Shown here: piece after piece, positions 10,438 to 20,191 of the stretch | Layout of the letters: every line of letters begins with the position of its first letter | Position numbering within the stretch: the first letter of the stretch is position 1 | Source of the DNA: Patescibacteria group bacterium | GTDB lineage: Bacteria > Patescibacteriota > Doudnabacteria > UBA920 | Length of the DNA: 64,000 bases | Direction of reading: 5' to 3' | Assembly: GCA_013387205.1 (NCBI GenBank) | Contig: WARV01000005.1 | Location: 27,924 to 91,923 of the forward strand | Program-made: the position numbers and the translations under genes | Notes under the pieces: model-generated | Told to the model about the DNA's origin: nothing | Database searches by the model: none | What the model saw: the letters and a program-made list of their open reading frames with translations, nothing else

Positions 10438-10532
10438 AAAAAATATTGTATTATTAATATATCATTAAAATTAAATAAATAAAAACCGGACCCGCTTTTG
10501 GTTGGCGGGTCCGTGGGTGTGAGCGCTGGGTG

Positions 10533-12029
10533 TCAGCGCGGCAGTAATCGTTCTTCGTTGGCAGCCTGGTAAACGACCCAGGCCGCAATCTGTGCGGCTT
10601 GCTTTAGGTTGGCCGGATAAATCCTTGATGAGACATCGGCTGTCGTATGCTGGATGTCTTCATCAATCGGATCTTGGAAAAATTCAAAGGCAGGAACGCC
10701 TTTTTCCAAGAATGACTCAAAGTCACTTTTTACCGGTTGCTTGGGGTTGAGCACAACAGTGTCCTCGCCGGTAGGCTTTAGCCATTTCTTGAGCAGAGGC
10801 TGAAAGCGGGGAGTTTTAACGGCATAAATGCCGCGGATCTTGCCGCCGCCGGAATCAAGATTAAAGTACATCTTCACATCATCTTTTAGCATAAGCGGTC
10901 TGGTATACTCCTTCGATCCCAGCAGTCCTTGTTCCTCGCCGCCCCAAAACGCAATGCGGATTGTCCGTTTCGGTTTTGGCAATCTTGAGATGATCCTTGC
11001 GGCTTCAAGCGCTACGGCAACACCTGCGGCGTTATCAGTCGCGCCTTGGCCATGGAACCAGGAATCCAGATGTGCTCCGAGTAAGATTACCTCATTCGGA
11101 CCCTTTCCCGGAATTTCCGCAATTATGTTGGTGCCGGCCACAGACTTTGCATACAGCCTGGATTTAACTTTAAGCTGCAGGCTGGCCTGTTTCGATGTAG
11201 CCAGATTCACAAGGCGCTTGTAATCTGCCTGGCTGACAACCGCGGTTGGCACGGGAGTGATATCGCTTATCATCCGAAAATCAATTGCCGGGCTTGCAAG
11301 AATGTCTCCGGGCGAACTGCTTGGAATAACAATGCCGGAAATTTTCTCATCAGCCAAAGCTTTCCAGTAGTCGTTCCTGAATTTGCGGTAGTTGTCGTAA
11401 ACCTGGTCAATCAGACTTTGGGGTGCAAGCGCGTAAAAACATCTCCTTTGCGCGGCATCCCTTGGTACAATCGGCTTTGGGTCGACAAGCGGCGGGCAGT
11501 CGAGCGGCTGTTCTTGCCTTTTTAAATCTTCGGCTGTCCATGGCTTTGATGTTTCAGCAGGTTTGGTATTTTCAACCAACTCGCTTAAAAGCACAATTTT
11601 GCCTGCCAGCTTGCCGCCGTATTGCTTGCGGTACTCTTCTGTTGTCTTGGTCGTTGGCGCGTATGCTACAACGCCAGAAATGTTGGCCGTCGGCGAATAG
11701 GGAAGCGGGATAGCTTTAACCGGTTTAGAGGCGGTTTCTGCCCCTTTGACTTCGCACTCGCTCCAGCTCCAGCCTTTTCCGTACGCAAAATTTTCATGGC
11801 GGATGTTCTTTAAGCCAATGGTTCTGGCCTTGTTATCAACCAGCCTGAGGGCTTTGCCAAAGGCCGGTGTGTTGGTTGGCCGTGCGCCGATGGCGCAGAG
11901 TTCGGCCGCGGTTTTGAAAACTATGTCTTCGTTTGAAGCTTGCCGTATTTTTTCCCATACCTGCAAGTCTGCGGCCTGGGAGGAAACGGCAAAATACATC
12001 ATCAAAACTACCGCAACAAACTTGTTCAT
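10533..12029 (-). CDS. Secreted M28 family metallopeptidase (carboxypeptidase Q-like)
   Basis: Signal peptide; GAHLDSW, GATDNAAG, GEEQGLLGS, NLDSG, HTTAD. Confidence 0.92.
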   Translation of the reverse strand: MNKFVAVVLMMYFAVSSQAADLQVWEKIRQASNEDIVFKTAAELCAIGARPTNTPAFGKALRLVDNKARTIGLKNIRHENFAYGKGWSWSECEVKGAETASKPVKAIPLPYSPTANISGVVAYAPTTKTTEEYRKQYGGKLAGKIVLLSELVENTKPAETSKPWTAEDLKRQEQPLDCPPLVDPKPIVPRDAAQRRCFYALAPQSLIDQVYDNYRKFRNDYWKALADEKISGIVIPSSSPGDILASPAIDFRMISDITPVPTAVVSQADYKRLVNLATSKQASLQLKVKSRLYAKSVAGTNIIAEIPGKGPNEVILLGAHLDSWFHGQGATDNAAGVAVALEAARIISRLPKPKRTIRIAFWGGEEQGLLGSKEYTRPLMLKDDVKMYFNLDSGGGKIRGIYAVKTPRFQPLLKKWLKPTGEDTVVLNPKQPVKSDFESFLEKGVPAFEFFQDPIDEDIQHTTADVSSRIYPANLKQAAQIAAWVVYQAANEERLLPR

Positions 12030-12249
12030 CTGATTCTCCTGGATCTTGATAGAAAACGAGAAATTACTGCAGTATTAGTCCTCCTGCAGGTTTTGACACA
12101 AAAGTATCTAATTTTAACATAATTTGGTTTAAATGTCAATAGTATGGTAAATAAAAAAAACCTGGAAAATTCACCAAGTTTTTTGGATTCTTTTGGGCCG
12201 CATATGCTACTGTGCTAGTAGATTAGTACACGTAAAAACGTAAAAATTT

Positions 12250-12795
12250 TCAGGTTTTTAGCAGTGAGATGAATTGTTTTTTCAGCTTTTCCAATTTCGG
12301 ATCAATGACTAACTGGCAGTATGGCAAGTTTTTATGGTTTTCGTAATATTTTTGATGGTAATCTTCGGCAATAAAAAAATTTTTCAAAGGCCTAACTTCT
12401 GTCACAATAGGTTTTCCAAAAAGATTTTGCTCCTCCAAATCTTTCACATATCTTAAAGCCTGCTGTTTTTGTTCTTCGTCCGCATAAAAAATTACGGACT
12501 GATATTGCGGGCCAATGTCCGCGCCCTGCCGGTTTTTTGTTGTCGGGTCGTGCGTGGCAAAAAATACGGCTAAAAGGTCTTTGTATGTAATTTGCGATTC
12601 GTCGAATTCGAATTTTATAACTTCAATATGTCCGGTATAGCCCTTAGTGACCTGTTCGTAGCCCGGGTTTTTTAAATCGCCGCCGCTGTATCCCGGCACA
12701 ACCGAAACCACGCCTTTAAGCTCGTTGAAAACCGCCTCAGTACACCAAAAGCAGCCTCCGCCGAATACTGCTGTCTTAATTTGTCCGTTTGCCAT
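12250..12795 (-). CDS. msrA: Peptide-methionine (S)-S-oxide reductase
   Basis: GGGCFWCTE, HDPT..NRQG.D.G.QY.S, AEDYHQ.Y. Confidence 0.97.
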   Translation of the reverse strand: MANGQIKTAVFGGGCFWCTEAVFNELKGVVSVVPGYSGGDLKNPGYEQVTKGYTGHIEVIKFEFDESQITYKDLLAVFFATHDPTTKNRQGADIGPQYQSVIFYADEEQKQQALRYVKDLEEQNLFGKPIVTEVRPLKNFFIAEDYHQKYYENHKNLPYCQLVIDPKLEKLKKQFISLLKT

Positions 12796-12819
12796 AAAAC
12801 CCTCCGGTCAGGCAACTTG

Positions 12820-13812
12820 TCACGCTGCCATTTTCAGCTGGGAACAAATTTCCTGGATTTCCGCGCTTGGCAAAATCTGGTCCAAGACTCCGCGGATGAT
12901 TTTTTCGCGCTTGTCCTTATCCCATAATTTGTCAGGGCCTCCGGGAACCTTGCGGGCTTTCCATTTATTTAGCAGGTCAATGACATTTTTTATCGGGATG
13001 GTGATAAGTACCAAATCGTTCACAGGCATTTCTTCTCCCAGCCTGGTTTTAACTTTATTAATCTGGCTCTTTTTATGTTCAGTATTTTCCCTGCTGCTGT
13101 TTGTCGTCAATTGTATGCCAATGTCGTTTGCGTCTTTTTCCTGCTTAACCCCGACTCCGCGGTTATGCTTGACCCTTTGGATAATGAAATCAATTTTATT
13201 GTTGACATCGTCGGAAATCGCCACTTCTTTGATGAAAAATTTGTCATCCGAATCAATGGAAATTTTTTTCAGCATGCAGCGGACGATTTTTTCAGCCACA
13301 AGCCCGTTATGGGTTTCATCCGGTTCCATTTCGCGGGCCTGGTAGGCTTTCCGCTTGCCCTCATCTAAATTAAAATTATGCGATTCGTTTATTGCTATCT
13401 GCCTGTCTAATAAATTTCGAAGCTTTATGGCCGCAATTTGTTTAATATAATCTGCGCGAACGCTTTGGTCTACGGAAGGCCCTAATTTATAAAAAGTATC
13501 CCATTCGGCATCGGTAAAAATTTCGCCTTTAGTCAGGTTAGTCCTTTCTCCCGAGATACCAAACCCGCCGCTAAGTTCGCTAAAATCCACCTTCCTTGCT
13601 TCCTTGAATAATTTTTCCGGGTAACGGTTGTTCTTTATGGCCTGTAAATCTTCTTCCAAATGCTTTAAGATTTCTAACTTTAACCGCTCCAGTTCTTGCA
13701 CGCCTTTTTCAGCTCCAGTATTAATATTGCCGGAAAATTTATATGCCACCTCTAATTGGCTTTCTTCAATTTTTGGCATTTCCATAATGCCGTGTTCCTG
13801 TCCAAATTCCAT
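12820..13812 (-). CDS. Hypothetical protein, possible divergent PD-(D/E)XK fold
   Basis: G..AE...DD...KIDFII...GIQLT spacing resembles restriction-like nucleases. Confidence 0.55.
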   Translation of the reverse strand: MEFGQEHGIMEMPKIEESQLEVAYKFSGNINTGAEKGVQELERLKLEILKHLEEDLQAIKNNRYPEKLFKEARKVDFSELSGGFGISGERTNLTKGEIFTDAEWDTFYKLGPSVDQSVRADYIKQIAAIKLRNLLDRQIAINESHNFNLDEGKRKAYQAREMEPDETHNGLVAEKIVRCMLKKISIDSDDKFFIKEVAISDDVNNKIDFIIQRVKHNRGVGVKQEKDANDIGIQLTTNSSRENTEHKKSQINKVKTRLGEEMPVNDLVLITIPIKNVIDLLNKWKARKVPGGPDKLWDKDKREKIIRGVLDQILPSAEIQEICSQLKMAA

Positions 13813-13824
13813 AAAGTTTGATAT

Positions 13825-13989
13825 TGAAGTAGTCTTGAAAAGCTGCTTTTCAGGCGATGTTTCAGAATTTTGTGCAGATTGGCAGAAATAAATTTTAAGG
13901 TTTAGCTAAAGCTAAGCCGAGAAATTTTTTCTGGCAAGATGCCAAAATTCTGAAATTGCAGCCAAAATGAGGTTTTCAAGACTACTTCA
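13825..13989. mobile_element. Hairpin element family A, copy 3
   Basis: 17-bp TIR TGAAGTAGTCTTGAAAA/TTTTCAAGACTACTTCA; core homologous to copy 1. Confidence 0.85.
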
Positions 13990-14093
13990 TTAATTAAGAC
14001 CTGGTAAAAACAATATTCTTACCTTAATTATAGCAAATAAATACATAAGAGGCGCACAAGCTAAAGCAGATGCTGTGCGCCTCAAAGAGAATG

Positions 14094-15323
14094 TTATGCC
14101 AGCCTTGGGTTGGCTGGATTGGGCCATTGCTGCCCCGTTTCAGTGATAGTCTTGTTTTTCCTTTTCCGTTCAGTTATTGCTTCGGTAAGGATTTTCCTGG
14201 CTTCTTTGAAGTCGCCAGGAAGAGTTTTCAAGGCAAGCCTACAAGTCACTTCGGTTTCCATGAGCGACTTTTTGTCACCCGGGGTAATCGAGCGGAGTTG
14301 TTGGCAAAGCCCATCGATTTTTTTCTCACGGATTCTTTTTGGGTCTGCCGGCTGGGCCGAGATTGCATTGGCGAAAGCGTCCATAAGTTTCTGGTGCGCT
14401 TTCTTGGTTTCGTTCTCCTCTTGCCTCAATGCTTCCATCGTTTTCAAATGCTGCCTGCTCGCGAATTGGCGCATCGTGTTTTCCATGCAATGCTTTTCTC
14501 GGGCACTGAATGAAAAAATAAATTGCCAAAAGCTTAAGGCAGCTTCTTCCGATTTCCAGGCCGTCTCTTGGTACTCACGATAAACCATTTTGAGGATGGC
14601 CATGCCTAGCGCCGCTATAAATAGCATCAGCATAAAGCAGAAGCCGCAAGACAGGAGAATAGTTTGCCGCGATTTGTTAATGGCATTCCTGACTTTTTGG
14701 ACAAAGATTGGGAAGCTGTTGGTGCGATCGCTAAACTTCAGCGTGTGGCCGTAAGGGAAGGCTGCAGGCATTCCCAGGTATATCGTACCCAAGTTTATGT
14801 CCTTGCTTAATTCTCCTTCCCACCGCACCGCGGATAAGTCCAGCTTGACCCGCTGGATTACGGACGCTCTTTTTTTGCCGTCCAAAGTGCCGAACACCTT
14901 GTCAAAGACTGAATCAGAAAAGTCAATTTGTCCGGCGGCTGCGGGCCCGGCCTCAATACGGTAAATAGTCTGGCAGATTACATCGCCTTTATCCGTTGCC
15001 GCGAATACCGTCAGCGTAGGATATTGGACAACTCCTTCGCCGAATATTTTAATGGCAGAACCAGCGTCTTTGCAGGCTTCAAGGCTGGTTATAGCCTGGT
15101 AAGCCGAGACGAATTCGCCCTTGTGGTAGGCTTCTTCTGCCAGGACAAGGGCTACGTTTTTCGCGTAGTGCTTGCCTTTGGGAAAGCCGCGCAATATGAT
15201 GATGGCGCCGAAGATTAACAATAACGCCGCAAACAAACTGGCAATTACTATGACCAAGATGCTTTGGCGTCGCTGCTGTTCAGGTTTCGCCAGCAGGCTG
15301 AAACTGTCACTGTTTGAGCTCAT
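14094..15323 (-). CDS. Hypothetical two-TM membrane protein with extracytoplasmic domain
   Basis: Two hydrophobic spans flanking ~175 aa; AGGAGG SD. Confidence 0.7.
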   Translation of the reverse strand: MSSNSDSFSLLAKPEQQRRQSILVIVIASLFAALLLIFGAIIILRGFPKGKHYAKNVALVLAEEAYHKGEFVSAYQAITSLEACKDAGSAIKIFGEGVVQYPTLTVFAATDKGDVICQTIYRIEAGPAAAGQIDFSDSVFDKVFGTLDGKKRASVIQRVKLDLSAVRWEGELSKDINLGTIYLGMPAAFPYGHTLKFSDRTNSFPIFVQKVRNAINKSRQTILLSCGFCFMLMLFIAALGMAILKMVYREYQETAWKSEEAALSFWQFIFSFSAREKHCMENTMRQFASRQHLKTMEALRQEENETKKAHQKLMDAFANAISAQPADPKRIREKKIDGLCQQLRSITPGDKKSLMETEVTCRLALKTLPGDFKEARKILTEAITERKRKNKTITETGQQWPNPANPRLA

Positions 15324-15419
15324 TCGTCCTCCTAGGGCGATTTTTGTGAGTGCATTATATAGAAAAACAGTTATTTCTTCAAGTAGCTGTTTGGGTATTA
15401 AGAACTGATGTAGGGATTA

Positions 15420-15845
15420 TTACGACGCAGTGTCCTGGTAATTTTTAAAAACCAAAACAATGAAGCGGATGAATTCAACTGCGGAAAGAGCGGCTAATAT
15501 AATCGAACAAATTAAAAAGGCCAGTTTTAACGGATTGGTGATATCAATTTTCAAAAAATAAAAGTTAAAAGGATATATCGCGTAAAGCTCGTATATGAAA
15601 ATTGCGCCCAATAAATTCAAAGGTGCCTGGGTTAAGGCTTTAAGCCATGGCCTGTAAAAAACCAGAAAAACCATGTTGAAAAAGATGGTCAGTGCCATGG
15701 ATATGTTTGAGACTACCAGCGGAATAGCAAACTTCGGGGTTATAAACTTAACATTCCATATTAGCAAATGGTTAAAAATATAAAGCAGCGCCAAATTTAC
15801 TATTATGGCTATTATAAAATCTAATTTTGTCGGTTGCTTTTTCAT
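15420..15845 (-). CDS. Four-TM membrane protein
   Basis: Four hydrophobic segments; coupled to queH. Confidence 0.75.
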   Translation of the reverse strand: MKKQPTKLDFIIAIIVNLALLYIFNHLLIWNVKFITPKFAIPLVVSNISMALTIFFNMVFLVFYRPWLKALTQAPLNLLGAIFIYELYAIYPFNFYFLKIDITNPLKLAFLICSIILAALSAVEFIRFIVLVFKNYQDTAS

Positions 15846-15846
15846 G

Positions 15847-16428
15847 TTAGTTTATTGATTTATTTTTTTCCCTCAGCTCCATATTTTTCAAAGAAAACAT
15901 GCAACCGCAATATTTTTGCAAATATATGCCCCGCTCTTTTACCATTTTATCCCTTTTTTCCTGGCGCCCTTTTTTCTTCCAGTCCTCGTCAAAAAATTCC
16001 AAACCATATTCGCATGCCGCAATTTTTCCAATCGGGTTAATTACTTCCGCCTTTTTAAACCTTCCCATGGTTAAAGTGGTGGAGAAATATTTACAGCCAA
16101 GATCTTTGGCTTTTTTGGCAGCCTCGCCTAGGCGCAAGATAAAGCATTGGCTGCACCTGGCACCACCTTCGGGTTCTTGTTCCAGTCCTTTTATGGCCGC
16201 AAACCATTTTTCGTTTTCATAGTCATCATCAACCATGTTAATTTTCCACTCCTTGCATAGCTTAATAACTTCCGCTTTTCGTTTTTTGTATTCCTCGAGC
16301 GGATAAATATTAGGGTTATAAAAATAAACGGTCAAATCGTAATTTTGGCGCAATTCATCAATAACCGCGATGCCGCAAGGCGCGCAGCAGGTATGCAATA
16401 AAAATTTTTGCCGGTTTTGTTCAGGCAT
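15847..16428 (-). CDS. queH: Epoxyqueuosine reductase QueH
   Basis: LLHTCCAPC, YNPNIYP, EPEGGARC..CF..RL, QKYCGC.FS. Confidence 0.95.
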   Translation of the reverse strand: MPEQNRQKFLLHTCCAPCGIAVIDELRQNYDLTVYFYNPNIYPLEEYKKRKAEVIKLCKEWKINMVDDDYENEKWFAAIKGLEQEPEGGARCSQCFILRLGEAAKKAKDLGCKYFSTTLTMGRFKKAEVINPIGKIAACEYGLEFFDEDWKKKGRQEKRDKMVKERGIYLQKYCGCMFSLKNMELREKNKSIN

Positions 16429-16473
16429 ATAATGTATTATACAGAAAAATGCAGCATGGTTTCAATAGCCGCG

Positions 16474-17088
16474 CTAAATATTCCTTTCAATCCTGCGGTC
16501 AGGTATAAACCAAATTACCGCAACCAAAATAATCAAAATATAAGAAATGGTAGGTCTTATAAAGGCAAATATTATCGCCAGTGCATAACTGGCAAACGAA
16601 ATTTTACCTTTAATATCACTGGAGAATTCCTGTGCCAGCTGGTCCTTGTTTTTGGCGTGAGCCAGTACTGCGCGCTGCAACAACAGATAAGCAGCAGCGC
16701 TTAGCAGTAAAATCGCCGCATACAAGACAGTGGGCCAGGTCCCGCCATGGCTTTCGCCTAGCCAACCGGAAGCGAAAGGGATTAATGACAGCCAAAACAG
16801 CAGGTGCAGATTCGCCCACATAATTCCGGCGCTGACATGCGAAGTAGCTTGCAAAAGATGATGATGGTTGTTCCAATAAGTTCCTATGGTTTGGAAGCTT
16901 ATCAGGTAGGTAAAAAATAAAGGCAATAGCGGCTTTAGGTTTGTGATATCAGCTCCCTGCGGCACCTTAATCCCCAATACCGTAATAGTGATAATTATGG
17001 CCATGACCCCGTCGCTGAAAGACTGTAGCCTGGCAGGGGAGAGCCTTTCGTGCCCATCGGAATCGTGGTTATGTTGATGGTTTTCCAT
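16474..17088 (-). CDS. TMEM175-family potassium channel (DUF1211)
   Basis: RLQSFSDGVMAIIITI, YWNNHH, LIPF motifs. Confidence 0.92.
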   Translation of the reverse strand: MENHQHNHDSDGHERLSPARLQSFSDGVMAIIITITVLGIKVPQGADITNLKPLLPLFFTYLISFQTIGTYWNNHHHLLQATSHVSAGIMWANLHLLFWLSLIPFASGWLGESHGGTWPTVLYAAILLLSAAAYLLLQRAVLAHAKNKDQLAQEFSSDIKGKISFASYALAIIFAFIRPTISYILIILVAVIWFIPDRRIERNI

Positions 17089-17140
17089 AAATTTAAATTA
17101 TATTATTGTAAGACTGTTATGCTAACTTCTGGTTAACTAC

Positions 17141-17167
17141 AAAAAACCCGGCCTTGCCGGGTTTTTG
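17141..17167. terminator. Bidirectional terminator
   Basis: AAAAACCCGGC-CTT-GCCGGGTTTTT. Confidence 0.75.
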
Positions 17168-17221
17168 TTTTTTATAGCTATTTCTTCTGTTTTATAATTA
17201 GGGCGAATTGGTAACTAAAAA

Positions 17222-17368
17222 TTATTTGAGTTTGAGTTTCTTCAGGTGCTCTTTGGAGTCGCGGCAGGTGCAATTTTTAGCATGCCCAGTATGCCACTTT
17301 ATCTTCTGCTCCAAAGTAGGATTCTTCGGCATCTTATTCTCCAAATGCCACTGCTTATTAATCGCCAT
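17222..17368 (-). CDS. 48-aa His/Cys small protein (not in ORF track)
   Basis: Translated by hand: MAINKQWHLENKMPKNPTLEQKIKWHTGHAKNCTCRDSKEHLKKLKLK; follows 17380 ORF, precedes terminator. Confidence 0.7.
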   Translation of the reverse strand: MAINKQWHLENKMPKNPTLEQKIKWHTGHAKNCTCRDSKEHLKKLKLK

Positions 17369-17379
17369 GATGGTTATAT

Positions 17380-17856
17380 TTAATTAGGTAATCTAATATG
17401 TAATCTTTTTACTTTGTTTCTAGTTAGCTCGTATATATCAGTTAGGGGTTGAAATAATAATAGTATAGCAAAAAGCAAGGTTGGTATAGCAGGCAAGCCC
17501 CATATTGAAGCTTTAAAGAGAAAAGCCGTCAATCCATGAATAGGATTATTTTTATAAATAGCTATGTATAAAATTGGGATTATATAGGAGCTAATGCCAA
17601 TTAATAGTATAATTTTAAAAATTTTTAACAATTTCTCTGGCACCTTATTTTTTATGAATTGAAAAACAATATAATTCAACAGGTATATACTAACAACCAC
17701 ACTCCATGAGACTACAATATCATTTGATTTTTGTTCCGTCTTGTTGGCTAATTTAAAAAGGTTGTATAGTAGAGACGGGAAAAAAACAGAAAGCGTAATA
17801 ACAAATTCAAGTTTTTCCTCAATTTCCCTTATCAGATTTTTTAAATTCTCAACCAT
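17380..17856 (-). CDS. AT-rich four-TM membrane protein
   Basis: Hydrophobic segments; co-oriented with upstream nuclease-like gene. Confidence 0.65.
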   Translation of the reverse strand: MVENLKNLIREIEEKLEFVITLSVFFPSLLYNLFKLANKTEQKSNDIVVSWSVVVSIYLLNYIVFQFIKNKVPEKLLKIFKIILLIGISSYIIPILYIAIYKNNPIHGLTAFLFKASIWGLPAIPTLLFAILLLFQPLTDIYELTRNKVKRLHIRLPN

Positions 17857-17888
17857 AAAATTCGTAATTTAATGTATAATTTTGAATT

Positions 17889-18551
17889 TTAATATTTCGG
17901 AATATATTTATACACTTTAGAAAATAGGCAATCTTCCCTTTTAAAAGTCTTAATACCAGAAAGATCTTTGCTTATGGGAAATTCTATGAATATACCTTTT
18001 TTGTATTTGTATTCCGGTGACAAAACCAAAGTCGCCAGCTTTATTAAATCGTAAATACGAGATATGGCATTTGTATTGTTAGATTTTTTTGCCTCTATAA
18101 CAATATGATTTTTCTTTTTGCCTCTTTTATGAATAATAATGTCTGGATAAATTCTCTCTTTTAATACCTGATTATTTATTTTTATTAAAAACAAAAGCAC
18201 ATCCCGGTCTTCTAAGTATTCAAATTTTGGCTGGCACAATTGCTGTTTTAGGCTATTAATATCCTCAGGACTGACATTATTATGAAACATGTCACGTATT
18301 TTTGGCGCAAGCTCTCCCAGATGGTCTGCCATTTTGGAAAGAAGTAGTCTTGGCTCTATGGTGATTTCTTTTGGTCGTCTAAGATTTTTATTATATTCAC
18401 AGTCTACGTCCCAAGTACGAAATAATTTTTGATAATGCTCAGCTAGTTTATGGGTAATAGACCTTTCACTCAGGTTATTTTTTAGCAAATATCTATCGTC
18501 ATTCAGAAGAAAACTCAGACCGGTTTCAATTTTTAGGAAATCTGTTGACAT
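17889..18551 (-). CDS. PD-(D/E)XK nuclease-like protein
   Basis: ERSITHKLA, VDCEYN, PDIIIHKRG...IVIEAKK. Confidence 0.7.
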   Translation of the reverse strand: MSTDFLKIETGLSFLLNDDRYLLKNNLSERSITHKLAEHYQKLFRTWDVDCEYNKNLRRPKEITIEPRLLLSKMADHLGELAPKIRDMFHNNVSPEDINSLKQQLCQPKFEYLEDRDVLLFLIKINNQVLKERIYPDIIIHKRGKKKNHIVIEAKKSNNTNAISRIYDLIKLATLVLSPEYKYKKGIFIEFPISKDLSGIKTFKREDCLFSKVYKYIPKY

Positions 18552-18820
18552 TTAATTTATGACTTTTATCTGACATTTTACCATTATTAATTTCTAATGC
18601 CTCATAAACCCTTGCAGGCCCTTTAACCCTTGGAATGATAATTTTTACTAAAAACAAAATTTCTAAGCCATTGGTATGTAAAGAATAAAGATATTTGTCA
18701 TTCTACTTTTTCTAATCCTTGATTAAAATTCCTCCGCGGTGGCGGGTGACTTTTATTTTCTGTTTTTCTTTCCACTTTAGTTCCTGGATCAGGGAGGCGG
18801 GGAGAGTGAGTCCCAGGGGT

Positions 18821-19075
18821 TTATTTATACACACCTTGCCTATGACCTATGCGGATAATTAAGACGACAAGTTCATTTTTCTTTATTAAATAAATAATCC
18901 TGTAAGGCCACACTTCATAAGACCATTGGCCTTTGTGCTCTCCGTCTAAACCTTTGCCGATATAAGGGTTGCCGGCCAACGCGACTAGCGCGGCTTTTAC
19001 GCGGTTAATATAACGGCTATCGATTTTTTTTAGGTCTTTTTGAACCTTTTTTGGCAATATTACTTGATATTGCAT
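18821..19075 (-). CDS. RelE/ParE family toxin
   Basis: YQVIL..KVQKDLKKI...GK.L.G...YRIIY.I....LVVLIIRIGHR; start ATG 19075. Confidence 0.9.
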   Translation of the reverse strand: MQYQVILPKKVQKDLKKIDSRYINRVKAALVALAGNPYIGKGLDGEHKGQWSYEVWPYRIIYLIKKNELVVLIIRIGHRQGVYK

Positions 19076-19379
19076 ATTTTTTCTTTGGCTTTTCTGCCAG
19101 GACAAAACCGTCTTTTGCTAAAAGCTCTTCTAAAGTTATATAGTCTCCTTTTTGGTATTCCTTTTCCGCTTCGGCTACATCTTTGCCTAAATCCGGGAAA
19201 ATCTTCATAACTTCCAAAGTTTCGGCCCATGATTCAAATTCGCTTGAAGACATTAATACCGCTTTGGGCTTGCCGTTTTCCGTAAAGGTAAAATACCTTC
19301 CGGGCTTTTGCACTTCTTCGGCAATATCGAAAATTTTGCTTCTGGCTTCTGAAATTGATAATGTTGTGTTATTGCGCAT
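19017..19379 (-). CDS. Phd/YefM family antitoxin
   Basis: LSISEARSK...TENGKPKAVLMS..EFESW.ETLE; AAGGAG SD; overlaps toxin. Confidence 0.92.
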   Translation of the reverse strand: MRNNTTLSISEARSKIFDIAEEVQKPGRYFTFTENGKPKAVLMSSSEFESWAETLEVMKIFPDLGKDVAEAEKEYQKGDYITLEELLAKDGFVLAEKPKKKYAISSNIAKKGSKRPKKNR

Positions 19380-19432
19380 TGTATTGCTCCTTTGTAAGCA
19401 TTGGATTGCTTAGTGCTACCGACCAAGCATGT

Positions 19433-19467
19433 ATGTACATTATTATGTACATTTACCGACAAGTCAA
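19433..19467 (-). promoter_or_regulatory. TA promoter with overlapping palindromic operator
   Basis: TTGACT-17-AATAAT on minus strand; ATGTACAT-TATT-ATGTACAT at 19433-19452 spans the -10. Confidence 0.7.
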
Positions 19468-19512
19468 GCAGGTAACTCTTACAAGCAAGATAATGGCTTT
19501 AGCCGGAACGGT

Positions 19513-20175
19513 TTACAGGAAATTATGCTCTTTAAAGCTGTAATATCCGTTTTTAGTGGCGATGACGTGGTCGAGGAGGTTGATCCCTAGCAGTTTTCCG
19601 GCGTCGCATAGTCTTTTGGTAATGTTTATATCTTCGTCAGACGGTTCAAGGCTACCTGACGGGTGGTTGTGGGCGACAATTACGCTGGCTACCAAGTTTT
19701 TTACTGCAGGCTCAAAAACTTCCCGGGGATGGATTAAGCTTGCATTTAAAGTGCCCACGGAAATTATTTCCCTTTGGATTTCCTGGTTTTGGGTATTTAA
19801 AAAGAACACGGCAAAATGTTCCTTTTTGTTGTCCCTAATGTCCTTAAGTTGTTCCCAAACTTCGCGCGGTGATATTATGAGTGCGGCTTGTTTATCCTTT
19901 AGCAGCCTTCGTCCCAGCTCAAAGCAGGCAACAATTTCGCAGGCTTTGGACAGGCCTAATCCTTTGGCTGATATTAATTCTTCCACTCCGGCATTAGCCA
20001 GCCTGCAGCCGGGAAATTTATGTAAAATCTTGTTCGACAGTTCAATTACATTTATCCCTTTGCCGCCTGTTCGCAGCAAAATCGCCAGCAATTCGGAGTT
20101 AGATAATTTTCCAGCCCCATATTTTGTCAGTTTTTCTCTGGGCCGCTCAATTTTCGGCAGCTCTTTAATTTTCAT
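19513..20175 (-). CDS. radC: RadC (JAB domain) protein
   Basis: ERPREKL, ELLAILLRTG, HPREVF, HNHPSG..EPS.ED, LLDHVI. Confidence 0.96.
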   Translation of the reverse strand: MKIKELPKIERPREKLTKYGAGKLSNSELLAILLRTGGKGINVIELSNKILHKFPGCRLANAGVEELISAKGLGLSKACEIVACFELGRRLLKDKQAALIISPREVWEQLKDIRDNKKEHFAVFFLNTQNQEIQREIISVGTLNASLIHPREVFEPAVKNLVASVIVAHNHPSGSLEPSDEDINITKRLCDAGKLLGINLLDHVIATKNGYYSFKEHNFL

Positions 20176-20191
20176 TTTTGTATCTAATTAA

